Shown one piece after another: positions 1 through 12,811 of a DNA stretch of 64,000 bases. A program made the translations under genes and the position numbers. The first letter of the stretch is position 1. Every line of letters starts with the position of its first letter. The DNA is from Isurus oxyrinchus (lineage: Eukaryota). The stretch covers positions 36,394,001-36,458,000 of the forward strand of contig JANJGN010000026.1 in the NCBI GenBank assembly GCA_026770705.1. The letters run 5' to 3'. The notes under the pieces were generated by a model. It saw only the letters and a program-made list of their open reading frames with translations. It made no database searches and had not been told where the DNA came from.

Positions 1-199
1 ATCAGTGCCACTAGGACAATTGCTGCTTCAGAGTTCAGCACGGACAGGACCAGCAGAAAGGTATCCTTCTGTGCTGTAAGAATTCAACGATTCTATCATT
101 AATATCAGAAGCAGCAATTGAAATCCACATTTTCACAGCATCAACAGTAGCAGAGTCTGTCCAGTGGATGGCAGTGAAACAGTGAAGACTGACACGATA

Positions 200-2520
200 T
201 GAGCCACGCACACTGTCTCAGTCATTTCTGTTAAACCTGACCCTCTGTCTGTATATATTACACAAAGTCATGTCTCTGATCATTTTACAACAGGTTGTGT
301 CTCAGTTGTTTCTGTAATAGGCCCAATCTCAGTTGTTAATGTACTGGACAAAGGCCATATTACACTAGACATTAGAGTCATAGAGGTCTACAGTACAGAA
401 AAAGGCCCTTCGGCCCAAGAAGTCTGCACCGGTCAGACAAGTACCTAACTATTCTAATCCCATATTCCAGCACTAGGCCCAGAGACATGTATGCCACGGC
501 ATCGCAAGCGCACATCCAAATGCTTCTTAAATGTTATGAGGGTTTCTGCCTCTACCACCCTTTCAGGCAGTGAGTTCCAGATTCCCACCACCCTCTGGGC
601 AAAAGAAATATTCCTCGCATCTCCTCTAAGCCTCCTGCCCCTTAACTTAAATCTATGCCCCCAGGTTATTGATTCCTCCACCAAAGGGAAAAGTTCCTTC
701 CTGCTGACCCTATCTATGCCCCTCATAATTTTATACACCGCAGTCTTGTCCCCCCTCAATCTCCTCTGCCTCAGGGAAAATAACCCCAGTTTATCCAGCC
801 CTTCCTCACAACTAAAACTCTCCAGCCCAGGCAACACCCTGGTAAATCTCCTCTGCACTGTCTCTTGTGCAATCACACCCTTCCTATCATTCGGATTCCA
901 GAACTGCACGCAATATTCTAACTGTGAACTAACTAGCGTTTCATACAGTTCCAGCATAAGCTCCCTGCTCTCACATTCTATGCCTTGGCTAATAAAGGCA
1001 AGTGTCCCATGTGCCTTTTTATAAATATACATTCTCTCAGTTATTATGTTCATTAAAGCATGCCTTGGCTACTATAGTAATAGTCTATGTTTCAGTTGTT
1101 ACTGCGCTAGTATTTGACTCTGCTTAATAGAAACCAGAACATTTTCTTGTTTGCACGGCATGAGGCTCTTTCTCAGTTATTACACTACTAAACCCTGCCA
1201 CGTTTATACTAAGCTAGGGGATGTCTCGGCCAATGCTGCACCAGTCCATGTCTCTGTTTAGATCATACGATGCCCTGTCACTGTTATTATTGCACAATAC
1301 TGTGTGTCTCTCTATTATTGCTGCACTTGCCCATATCTCTGTTTATATTAATCCAGGCCCTGTGTTTGTAATTACTGTGACAGGCTCTTTCTCCGTTTAT
1401 ATTGGACAAGGTCCTGTATCAGATAAAACTGCAGTAGACCCCGTGACAGTTTCCTTTCACTAGATCCTGCCTCAGTTATTACTGAACTAGATCAAGTCAC
1501 AGTTCATACTACACAAAGTCCTATTTCAATTATTAGTGCACTCGGCACTGCCCCAATTTCTATTCCATTAGATTATGTCCCTGTTTATATGGCACTAAAT
1601 CGCATCTTTGCTGATATTCTGTTCGACCCTATCTCAGTTTATATTATACTGGACGCTGTCTCAGTTTTATATTGCGTTAGATCTGGTCTCAGTTTATATT
1701 ACACTGCAGCCCGTCTCTGTTAATATTACACTAGACCCTGTCTCAGTTTATATTACATTAGACCTTGTCTCAGTGTATATTACACTATACCCTGTCTCAG
1801 TTTATGTTACACTAGACATTATCTCTGCTGATGTTAAAATAGACACTGTCTTTGTTATTTCTGTGTAGACCATGTCTCTGCTTATATTACACAAGACAAA
1901 GTCTGTTATTACTGCACTAAAGGCTGGCTCAGTAACTGCTGATACTAGGCCCAGTCTTGGTTTATATTACTGTAGGTGCTGCATCAATAATTGGTGCACA
2001 CGGCCCTGTCTCAGTATTACTGCATCAGACTCTGACTTTGTTTCTATTGAAATAGATTCTGTCTGTGATAATATTACACCAGTTCCTGCCTCAGTTATTT
2101 CAGTGCTCGGTATTGTCTCAGCTGTTTTCGAATTCGGCCGTGGCTCTGGTTGTATTACATACAGTAAAGTCTCAGTTATTACTGCTCTGAACCCAGTGTC
2201 CGCATATGCAACGTTAAATCCTGTATTAGTTGTTGTTGCACCAGTCCATACATCTTATATTACACTCGCCTTGTCTCTGTTTTTACTTCAACTAGATCAT
2301 GTCTTTTGTTTATCTTACATTGGAGGCAACCTCAGTTATAATTGCACCAGACCCTGTCTAGGGTATTATCAATCCATGTGCCAGATCAATCATTACTGTT
2401 CTAGCCCCGAGAGAGGATTGATATTAATTGATATTAACCCAGGTCCTTATTCAATGATCACTGCACTAACCCTGCCTCAGTTATTACCACACTAGGCAAT
2501 GCCTCTATTATTGCTGCAAG
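200..2520 (-). repeat. Degenerate 27-bp minisatellite (CTAGACCCTGTCTCAGTTTATATTACA-like), opposite orientation to the main array; interrupted by a CR1 fragment
   Basis: Near-perfect 27-bp monomers at ~1620-1880, giving a 9-aa periodic pseudo-ORF (LDPVSVYIT); decayed copies on both sides. Confidence 0.85.
372..1020 (-). mobile_element. CR1-type LINE 3' fragment
   Basis: ORF 454-1053 reads LEYCVQFW..VQRRFTR..LGLFSL..RLRGD..HRFK..QRVVGIWNSLP, the C-terminus of CR1 ORF2; short tandem 3' tail. Confidence 0.9.
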
Positions 2521-2993
2521 GGTCTATGTCTCTGTGAGTTGGAGACATAATGTTACACACAAAGATGTTGAGGTGGGAATTTTTCTCTGGCATTGTCCAA
2601 AAACGGGAGGTATTTGATGGCCCGTTCCTTGCAACACCTGACAGTTAGTTTCATTTAGTTTCTGTCAAATAAATTATATATCCGATATTGTCAGTTATGT
2701 GTGTTGTGTGCAAAAAAAACATGCCTCTTGCCTATGCCGCCATTTCTCAAAGATGAATAATGATCTTCACCAGAATGTTTCAGTATTTATTTTGATTTTA
2801 CTCAAACTGTAACTGCGGATGATTTAATACTGCAAATATTTATTGATAACATCTTTCGTTGTGTACTTGTGTTTAGAACGTGATGTCATATTCACCATTT
2901 CGTTATCAAGACAAACATGTCTATCAGCAAAATCATTGAATGTCTCTTATCTCTTTGTCTGAGGCAGAGCCTAACTCACTGAACGTCTTCCCT

Positions 2994-3080
2994 TTATCTC
3001 TCTCTCTCTCCACCCACCATCTTAACTCCGTCCCTCACACCCTCTCTCTTTCTCTCTCTCTCTCTCTCTGTCTCTGAGAG
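2994..3080. repeat. (CT)n-rich microsatellite
   Basis: Direct reading. Confidence 0.9.
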
Positions 3081-3329
3081 TTCCTTATTTATTATGAATC
3101 TCCTATTATATAATAACACTATTTGGAGAAAATATATTTTTAGTAATTCCCCTTCATTTCTCCCAATGATAACCTTCAACCCATTCACGCCTTCAGTGAT
3201 TACGTTCAAATCCAAAACTATGCATTTACTTTAATTGTAAATTGTTTAACAACGTAACTATTTATTGATAACCAATTTTTTGTATGTATTTGTTTATAAA
3301 ATGATGTCAGACTGACTATTTCGTTCCTA

Positions 3330-3662
3330 AGGTGGCTTATCTAAGGTGATGATCAGCTGGAAAGCGAATGATCTCACATTGAGAATAACCTGCAGTTTAT
3401 TAACAAATGAGCATCTCAACATCTCACAGAAGCTCATGATAATCTAGAATGTGTGATGATTTGTGCAAGTGATGGCAAAAAATAAAACTTGACCAATACC
3501 TGCACATGTAATTCTCCGATGTGTTACCCCTGTTGATGGGAAGGATTGAAACTCCTGCTGCTCTCCAGAGAACTTTCACTATTTCTGTTTCCCCTTTTTT
3601 AACTTTTACCTTCACAAACTCCACCACAGCCATTCGAATTAATTTTGGACTGACTGGTTTAT
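3330..3662 (-). pseudogene. Possible decayed Ig-superfamily exon
   Basis: CTACAG acceptor at 3663-3664, phase-1 read DKPVSPKLI...SILPINRGNTSENYMCRYW with a Y-x-C motif; B-strand Cys not found. Confidence 0.25.
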
Positions 3663-3867
3663 CTGTAGGTTGTATATTCAATGTAATCTTATCGAAAATA
3701 AACCAGGATCTAGTGGACCATAAGCAGACACCGGACCTGGTAATAGAAGCAGATATATTGGTTGATGCAGTAATAACAGAGAGAAGATCTGGTGTTATAT
3801 GGTGGGGTATGGGCAGGTGCCATAACAACAGTTACATGGTCTGGTGTAATAAAATCAGAGAAAGAAG

Positions 3868-5550
3868 CATAGAAACAGAGAAACATAGAAACTAGGAGCA
3901 GGAGTAGGCCATTCGACCCTTCGAGCCTGCTCCGCCATTCATTATGATCATGGCTCATCATTCAACTCAATAGCCTGCTCCCACTTTCTCCCCATACCCT
4001 TTCATCCCTTTCGCCCAAGAGCTTTATCTAACTCCATCTTGAAAACATGCAATGCTTTGGTCTCAACTACTTTCTGTGATAACGAATTCCACTGGCTCAC
4101 CACTCTCTGTGTGAAGGAATTTCTCCTCATCTGAGTCCTAAATGGTCTACCCCATATCCCCGGACTGTGACACCTGGTTCTGGACTCCCCCACCATCAGG
4201 GTCTTCCTTCCTGCATCTACCCTGTCTAGTCCTGTTAGAATTTTATAGGTTTCTAACAGATCCCCCCTCATTCTTCTGAACTCCAGCGAATATAATCCTA
4301 ATCGACTCAACCTCTCCTCATATGTCAGTCCTGCCATCCCAGGAATTAGTCGGGTAAACATTCGCTGCACTCCCTCGATAGCAAGAATATCTTTCCTCAG
4401 ATAAGGAGACCAAAAACTGCACACAATATTCCAGGTGTGGTCTCACCAAGGCCCTGTACAATTGCAGCACGACATCCACATTCCTTTACACGAATCCTCT
4501 GGCTATGAAGGTAAACATACCATTTGCCTTCTTAACCACCTGCTGCATCTGCATGCTTACCTTCAGCGACTGGTGTACAAGGACACCCAGGTCTCGTTGC
4601 ACATTCCCCTCTCTCAATTTATAGCCATTCAGATAATAATCTGCCTTCTTGTTTTTGCTACCAAAATGGATAACCTCACATTTATCGACATTATACTACA
4701 TCTGCCATGCATTTGCCCACTCACTCAGCTTGTCCAAATCACACTGAAGCATCTCTGCATCCTCCTCACAGCTGACCCTCCCAAACAGCTTTGTGTCATC
4801 TGCAAAGTTGGAGATGTTACATTTAATTCCCTCACCTAAATCATTAGTATATATTGTGAATAACTGGGGTCCTAGCACCGATCACTGCGGTACCCCAGTA
4901 GTCACTGCTCGCCATTCGGGATAAGACCCGTTTATTCCTACAATTTGTTTCCTGTCTGCCAACCAGTTTTCTATCCATCTCAATACACTACCCCCAATCC
5001 AATGCGCTTTCATTTTACATGCTTACTCTGATGTGGGACTTCGTCGAAAGCCTGCTAAAAGTCCAAATAAACCACATCCACTGGCTCTGCCTCATCAACT
5101 CTACTAGTTACATCCTCGAAAAATTCCAGTAGATTCGTCAAGCATTGTTTCCCTTTCATAAATCCATGCTGACTCTGTCCGATTCGTCCACTGTTTTCCA
5201 CGTGCTCAGCTACTAAATCTTTTATAATGGACTCTAGAATTTTCCCCACTACCGACGTCAGGCTAACTGGTCCATAATTCGCTGTTTTCTCCCTGCCTCC
5301 TTTTTTAAATAGTGGGGTTACATTAGCTAAGCTCCAATCTGTAGGAACTGTTCCAGAGTCGATAGAATATTGGAAGCTGAACACCAATACATCCATTATT
5401 TCTGGGGCCATTTCCTTAAGTACTCTGGGATATAGATTATCAGGCGCCGGGGATTTATCGGCCTTCAATTTCTCCAACATCATTTCCCTACCAATATTGA
5501 TTTCTTTCAGTTCCTCCCGCTCACTAAACCCCGTGTTCCCCAATATTTCT
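3868..5550 (-). mobile_element. CR1-type LINE, ~1.7-kb 5'-truncated, frameshifted
   Basis: Consecutive ORFs with ANVTPLFKKG, SQHGF, VDVVYLDF, LGPQLF..FADDTKL and C-terminal CR1 motifs; CATAGAAA-type tail. Confidence 0.93.
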
Positions 5551-6269
5551 GCATGATATGGGCTAGTGTAGTGATAACAGGCACAATACCTAGTCCAATA
5601 CAAACAGGGATATGCGCTACTGCAGTGATAACACAAATTGACCCAAGGAGTAATATAAGCAGAGAAATGCGTTATTTCTGGAATATAAGAGAGGGAGGTC
5701 TCGCTATAACATTGAATGAACTGGCATTTGTGTGATCATAATAACAAAACTGCTTTGTATAAAATAACAACTGAAAAAGGTCAAAGTGAAACACTAACAG
5801 AAACAGGGTCACCGTTAACAATATCAGAAACAGATTCCTATTGAAAACTGATAGGCACAAGGCTTTCAGAAATAATGAGAGAGGTTTGCATTAGAATTTG
5901 AATGACAGACAAGCTCTGAGCGCAACTGTTACAGAGGCAGCATTTTATACAACGAGTTTGGAGACACAGGTCAGGTTAAAAACCGGAAAGTTGTGTGTAA
6001 AAAAATACAATGTTTGATGAAAGCGAGGGTCAGCATGTTGCAGCGCATCACTGAATACTCACTGGATCCAGTGTGATGACGGCACAGTCAGGATCTAGTC
6101 CACCCAAATCGAAGTTGGGTCTGATATAATAGTGTGTGTGAGACAGCGCCAATTGATACAATAGCAAATGCTTTACCTAATGTCTAATAATAGTCAAGCA
6201 CCACTGCAATATGAATGGGATGGAGTTGGTGTAATAACACTGACACGGTATAGTGTTATAGCAAATAAA

Positions 6270-6680
6270 ACATAACATTCTGGAATTACTCTGCAGGTCG
6301 GCAGAATCTGTGGTGATAAACAGAGTGAACGTTTCATGGCGATGACCCTTCAGCGGAACCGGGGCCATCGATTTAAATCTGCTTCTCTCCACAGCCACTG
6401 CACTCCCGAGTGCTACAGTTGGTCGCACTTCTGCTTTTGAGCTGCAAGACTTGGTTTTAAATTCCACCCCAGGCTCCGTTGACCACGGGAAGAGTGCTCG
6501 TCTGACAGGGCGCCGGTTTTTAATCAACCTCCAAAATCCTCCCGCCTCTCCACACTTTTCCCAAGGCTGCAAAGTATATGACGATCCGGAAAACAGACTC
6601 GACACCTGCTGTCTGACCTGTGGTGGATTTCCAGCACATTCGGTTTCTGGTTTCGATTTCTAGCATCTGTAATATGTTGC
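6270..6680. mobile_element. Two short, oppositely oriented Penelope-tail-derived fragments
   Basis: Resemble the 3' terminus of the 20-23 kb Penelope element (ACCTGCTG..TTCCAGCA..TTCTG..GATTTC-AGCATC). Confidence 0.55.
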
Positions 6681-9319
6681 CGTTGTAGTAATGTAATGGG
6701 AACTGGGAATATATCAAGTCAACATTGACGAATTAACGGCACTCTCATCCCTCAAGGTTTTGGGTTTAAGCCTCAGTCCGGACAGTTGACCACTTAATAT
6801 CGGCCAAGGCTCACGGTGATAGTTCATATGGACGTTTTTCTGTTCTTTTATCCATTAGTTTCTTAGACTCAGCAAGAGTGAGAGAGAAACTGCGCAGTTC
6901 CTCCATGCAGCGAAGGGCGGGTTCCTAGAACATTGTTGCTGATTTGACTTTCCCGCCTTCTCATACGAAACAAACAACTTCTCTATTCTTGGATTTGCGA
7001 AGGGAGTTCTGACTGCGGGGCACGGGCCAGACTGGGGCTGGTCTAATAATCACAGAGGCCGGTTCCAGTTTTTCAGTAACAGAGGCTGCTGGTAATCTTA
7101 CATAAAGGGGGGCAGGGGGCGAATGAACATCTGATTGTAATGTAATGGAGTGAACGTGTAAGGAAGTAATGATGTTTAAGGGCCTTAGCGCAGGCTGTGT
7201 TATGGTGAGTGACACAGGGATTTGTGTGGTAAAAACGGAGTCTAAACATCATGACAGAGGCCCGTGTGACTGACTCCACCTGACTAAGAGCCGTTATACC
7301 CGAGGGGACGACAATCATGGCGGTCTCCAGAGATTTCTGATACCTGCATCTCTCAGAGAAACAAAAAATAACCTGCTCCTTCTCATTCTTACCGACAGTT
7401 CTCTATTTACACAGACACGCAAGGGCCGGACCCGGCAGCTTGTAGAAACCAATGTTTAAATCCTCAGCTTGAGGCCGATGATGGCTGAAAATATTAAACA
7501 CCAAAACTTCCCCAGACTCAATGCCACAAATGTTAAGGGTAATCGTGCTTTTTACTAAACAAGTTCCATCCAGTGTAATTTTGCTCAATATAATGATTTG
7601 TAAATAGTAATGAACTTCTGAGGGATGCCTCGTAATTATCGACACACACTGTGGCGCTGTCAAAACACAGGATTAGCACAAGACGAAAGCTGCATAATTA
7701 ATGCATTTTATTCGGTCTCATGCAAGGACAGAGGAAGATACAGAAAAGGTGCTGGGGCAATTATATCGATGAATGATCCAGTTGATCTCTTCAAGTATTT
7801 ATCTGATTCACTTTACAAACTTACTATTAATTCGATTCCATCACGCTTTCAAGCTGTGCATTCCAGTTCATAACAACTCGCCGTATAAAAAAATAAACAT
7901 TTATCCTCCTGCCTTCCTGTTCAATAAAGTAAATCTGTCGCCTCCTGCCAGTTGAAATATTTTCTCTTTATTTACTCTATTAATGCATTTCAATACTTTT
8001 ATTTAATAGACTCACAGAGAGGTGGATAGAGATACACAGAGAGATAAACAGAGATAAAACTGAGCGAAGAAGACTTCAAATGGAAAAGAGAGACGGAGTG
8101 TTGCAGAGAAACAGGGGAAACAAGCTTCGAGAGAGAGTGCATGCCCAGGGAGTGTGTGTGTGAGTGGCGGGTAAGAGTGGGGGTGTGGGGGTGTGTGGAG
8201 GGGGGCTTTAGAGTGGGGAGCGGGTGATGGAGCATGATAACGAAAAATGAAAGGTAGCAAGCTCTCATTTCCCCGCTTCAGGGACCCGGGGAACCTCAGT
8301 GATTGATCCATTGACCACTCAGTTATCTCCTGGAAGCTCGAAACAGATCAGGAGAGGCTCATTTGTAAATGTCACCGCAATGTGATCTGTGTGACTCTGC
8401 CCTGACTCTGTGGCCAGATATAAGCCGCTTTGACACATGTTCTCACCAGATTGTGGCCCCTGGATTTATTTTCTGCTCAGAAGTGAGATGTGCGGTTTGG
8501 AACCGGCAGCAGAGAAACAGGAAGTTGTGTTACCTGAGAATGAAACAGCAGGAGTCGGTTTCATGTTATCACCGTGAACAGTCTTCCTGCCTGTGAGGGT
8601 GAACTCACTCTGACAGCATCAAGAACAATCACACAGATTGCTGCCGGTCTCAGCATTGCATTCAGCTCCATTTCCAATTTAAAGAATTAAATAAATGAGA
8701 TTGTTTTGGTTATAGCATATTAACTGAAGGGGGGATGAACTAAACGTAATCACTGGGAGAAAAGAGCAGAAATTCAAACAATAATTTCTCTCACAGAGGG
8801 TTATTGTAAAATAGAAAGTTTTAAGAGGGTTTGGTGTTTTCTGAGAGAAAGAGAGGGAAGAGGTGAAGTGGGTGAGCTGGTGTCTTTCTGGCGCTGAATT
8901 TTCCTTTGATGAGGTTTTGGCCCTTATCGTTTCAGTGATAATGTGCCTCAAGCAAAAGATTTAAACGTTGGTTCCTCGTAGCTGCCAGATCTGGCCCTTG
9001 TGAGTCTGTGTTAGTGAGTTAAGTGAAGTCTGAGAGAAAGGAGAGGTTAACTGATTTAGCTGTAGTCTGAGACAGAGGAAGAGAGGGAAGAAGTTCAGTG
9101 AGTCATTTGAACAATGTATTTGCCGTGACAATGGAATTTCCAGCTTGACACTACTTTATGGATCACGCATGACAATACATTGCTGATAAATATTAACAGT
9201 AGCATAGGATCTGTAAGTATATTCTCAATAAGCTATCATAACGTGCTGAAAAATAATTGTAATGTATTTTGCAAGCAATGGAAAATTATGTGTGCCAGAT
9301 GTACCCGCCTCCACAGCCA

Positions 9320-9369
9320 TACATACAGCTGCAAACACCCATATACACACCCACACACCGACAGACACA

Positions 9370-9408
<39 letters not shown>

Positions 9409-9565
9409 TCACATACACAGGCACACAGACACCGACTGACAGGCACACACACTGACACACACCGACAGACACACACGCAGCCACACACACACAGAGAGAC
9501 CGACACACACCGACACACACACACACACACTGACACACACACACACACAGCCCCTGACACACAGG
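9320..9565. repeat. (CA)n compound microsatellite
   Basis: Direct reading. Confidence 0.95.
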
Positions 9566-10179
9566 AACATGGGTCATTTGGACGCTACAGCCACCCATTC
9601 GCCTGATGATACGGTTTCAGACTCTGCCTCTCACAATCGGTGGCCACGCCAAAAGCAAACAGAAAGTCCTATTGGAAAAGTGGGAAAAAAAACTTAAAAT
9701 GAAAGATAACTGTGAGCAGTTACCACAGATCAACTCAAGCATGAATTAGTCATCTCGAACACAATGCAGTGTGTGACTAAGTTGTGCAATGTGCAGTCCA
9801 ATGTTGTTCACCTTTATTTCTGTTCCTCAATCTCATTGATGAAGGGAATGTTACAAGATTCATCCCAACCTTTCAACACAAACATTACACACATTACACC
9901 AGAGCAATTAGAAATTGCACCCAACGCCTAATAGTTATTAACAAGACTAAACGTATTCTTTCAATCACTTATCACCAACAGGGTATTATAACATTCTTAA
10001 AGTTAATACCCACCTATCCATGTGGCTCGCTCTCTCCATCTCTAGTCAGCAGAAACCTTTTATAATGCAGTAAGAACTGAGACTTGGTCCAGTTTATCAA
10101 TAAATGAGATAGGACCTCTACAATATAAGGTGAGACATAGGAGAGCACAGTAATGAATGAAGCTGTCTAATACAGTAAT

Positions 10180-11332
10180 ATCACAGAATCAACAAATCTT
10201 AATGGCACAGATGGGGGCCATTCGGCCCATCGTGCATGCACCGGCTCTCCAAATGAGCTTTATGACCTAGCGCCATTGCCCTGTCATTTCCCCATATCCT
10301 TGCACGTTGGTTCTATTCAAAAACTCATTTAATTCCGTCTTGAATGCTTCAGTTGAACCTGCCTCCACTGCACTTCCAAGCAGTGCATTCCAGACTCGAA
10401 CCACTCGTTGTGTGAAAAAGCTTTTTCTCACGTCACATTTGTTTCTTTAGCAAATCACTTCAAATCGGTGTCCTCTTGCTTTTGATCCTTTTACGAATGA
10501 GAACAGTTTCTCCTTATCTGCTTTGTCCAGCCCCCTCATGATTTTGAAAACTTCAGCAAGTCTCCTCTCAGCCTTCTCCTCTCCATGGAAATAGTCACAA
10601 CTTCTCGAATCTATCCTCATAGCTGAAGTTCCTCATCCCTGGGAGTATTCTTGTAAACATCTTCTGCACTCTCTTCAATATCTTCACATCCTTCCTATAA
10701 TATGGTACCCAGGGCGGTGCACAATATTCCAGTTGAGGTCGAAGGAGGGTCTTATATAAATTCAGCATAACCTCCCTGCTCTTGCACTCTATGCCCTTAT
10801 TAACAGAGCCCAGGATACTATATGCATTATTAACTGCCATCTCCAGCTGTCCGACCACCTTCATTGGTCTATGCACAAATACATCCAAGTATTTCTGCTC
10901 CTGCACACCTTCAAAATTCCAGCCCTTATTTTATATTGTCTGTCCATGTTCTCCCTTCCAAAATGCATCACCTCACATTTCTCTGCGTTGAACTTCATCT
11001 GCCATCTAACTGCCCACTCCACTAACTTGTCTGTGTCCTCTTAAAGTTCCACACCATTCTCATGTCAGTTCACAACACTCCCAAGCTTCGTATCAATCGC
11101 AAACTTCGAAATTGTCCCCTGCACACCAAGATCTACATCGTTAATATATATCAGGAAAAGCAAGGGCCCCAATGCCGACCCCTGGGGAACTCCACTACAA
11201 ATCTTCCTCCAGCCCAAAAAGCATCGATTGACCATTACTCCCTGCTTCCTATTTTTCAGCCAGTTTTGTATCCATACTGCTACTGTCCCTTTTATTCCAT
11301 GAGCAATAACTTTTTTCACAAGTTGGTTGTGA
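10180..11332 (-). mobile_element. CR1-type LINE 3' fragment
   Basis: SGVPQGSALGPLLFLIYIND..FAIDTKL and RPQLEYC..VQKMFTR motifs in minus-strand ORFs. Confidence 0.92.
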
Positions 11333-11584
11333 GATAAATCCTAATATAATACCAAAAGAGATTTTGTGCAATGCAACAGCAGCTCAGGAATTGTCACTTG
11401 CAGTATATCTGGAGGCACGGCTATGTGCATTAATAAATGAAGCGGTATATAATGTAACATAAACAGAGTCATAGTCCCGTGCAGTAATAACTGATAAAGA
11501 GTCAATTGTAGTGTATATTGAGGCATGGTCCAGTGCATTAATAAATTAAACTGCAGATAGCGTTATATACACAGATGCATTGCT

Positions 11585-12260
11585 GAGAGGAAGATAAAAG
11601 GAGAAATGGTAAGCAATTGGGAAAGCTAATCGAATGTTCTCTTTTCTTGTGAGGGGAACAGTAGAGAAGTTCTGCTTCAGTTGTACCAGGCACTAGTGAG
11701 ATGACGTTTGGAGTACTGTGTGCAGCATTGGTCACCTTATTTAAGGAAGGACATGAATGCGTGAGAAGCAGTTCAGAGAAGGATACTAGACTAATACCTG
11801 GAATGTTTGGGTTGCTTAATGAGATTGGACAGGCTAGACTTGTATCTGCTGGAGTTTAGAAGAGTAAGAGGCGACTTGACTGAAACATATACGATCCTGA
11901 GGGGCCTTGACAGGGTGGATGTGGAGAGGAAGCCTTCACTTGTGGGAGAATCTAGAACTAGGGGTCACTGTTTAAAATAAGGGATCGCCCATGTAAAACG
12001 GAGCTGAGGTGAATTTTTTTCACTCTCAGGTTCGTGAGTCTTTGGGACTCTTCCTAAAAAGGCAGTGGAAGCAGAGCCTTTGGATATTTTTAAGGCAGAG
12101 GTGGATAGATTCTTGGTAAACAAGGGGGTGATAGGTTATTGGTGGTAGGTAGGGTCCAAGATTTCAGGTTACTATCAGATCAACTATGATTTTATTAAAA
12201 GGCCGAACAGCTCCGGGGGGCTGAAAGGCCTACTCCTGCTCTTTGTTCGTATGCTCGTAT
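11585..12260 (+). mobile_element. CR1-type LINE 3' fragment
   Basis: Decayed LEYCVQ..W.PYLRKD / RVRGDL / RGHCLK-type coding and CR1 3' UTR (GGCCTACTCCTGCTC). Confidence 0.85.
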
Positions 12261-12269
12261 GTCCATCTG

Positions 12270-12810
12270 GTCTAGTACAGTTATAACTGAGACAAGGTCA
12301 TCAGGCCAAGGGTAGTGATAACTGAAGCATGGTGCAGTGTAAAATAATGAAACACAAGGTGCAGCGAAATATAAGTTCAGACATGGTTGTACTACAGTAC
12401 AAACTGAAAAAGGGTAATTGAAGTGTCCACAGAAGCATGGCATAATATAGTAACAACTGACACAAGATCTAATAATATAAACTTCGGCAGGGTCAGATGC
12501 AGTGATAACTGGGAAAGGACCAGTTACAGCACAAGTAGAAATATGGACGACTGCAGTAATAGATAAGATAGGACCCAGTGGACTATTGTTCAACAACAAT
12601 AACTAAAGCAGAGTGTAGTATAGCATTTACAGCTGCAGGTGAGGTGCGAAATAAATTGAACCAGGGATGTATGGGGATTACTAAAACGGGGCCTTGATTG
12701 ACATAAACTGAGACAAGACTTAGTGCAGTGATTACTGATACAGGGCCTGGATTATTATCAACCGAGACAGGGTCTAATGCAATGTTTACTGATACAGGGT
12801 CTAGATTAAT
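12270..12810 (+). repeat. 27/54-bp minisatellite segment
   Basis: ACTGAGACAGGGTCTA..GCAGTGATTACTGATACAGGG units, continuous with the main array across the Penelope insertion. Confidence 0.8.
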
Positions 12811-12811
12811 A

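Noticed and set aside
7390-7490. Minus-strand exon-like segment ending in G|GTAAGA
   Set aside because: Stops in all three frames and no recognisable product
7647-7653. Isolated CACTGTG (also CACAGTG near 62597) as extra gene segments
   Set aside because: No nonamer at 12 or 23 nt and no V/J-like coding
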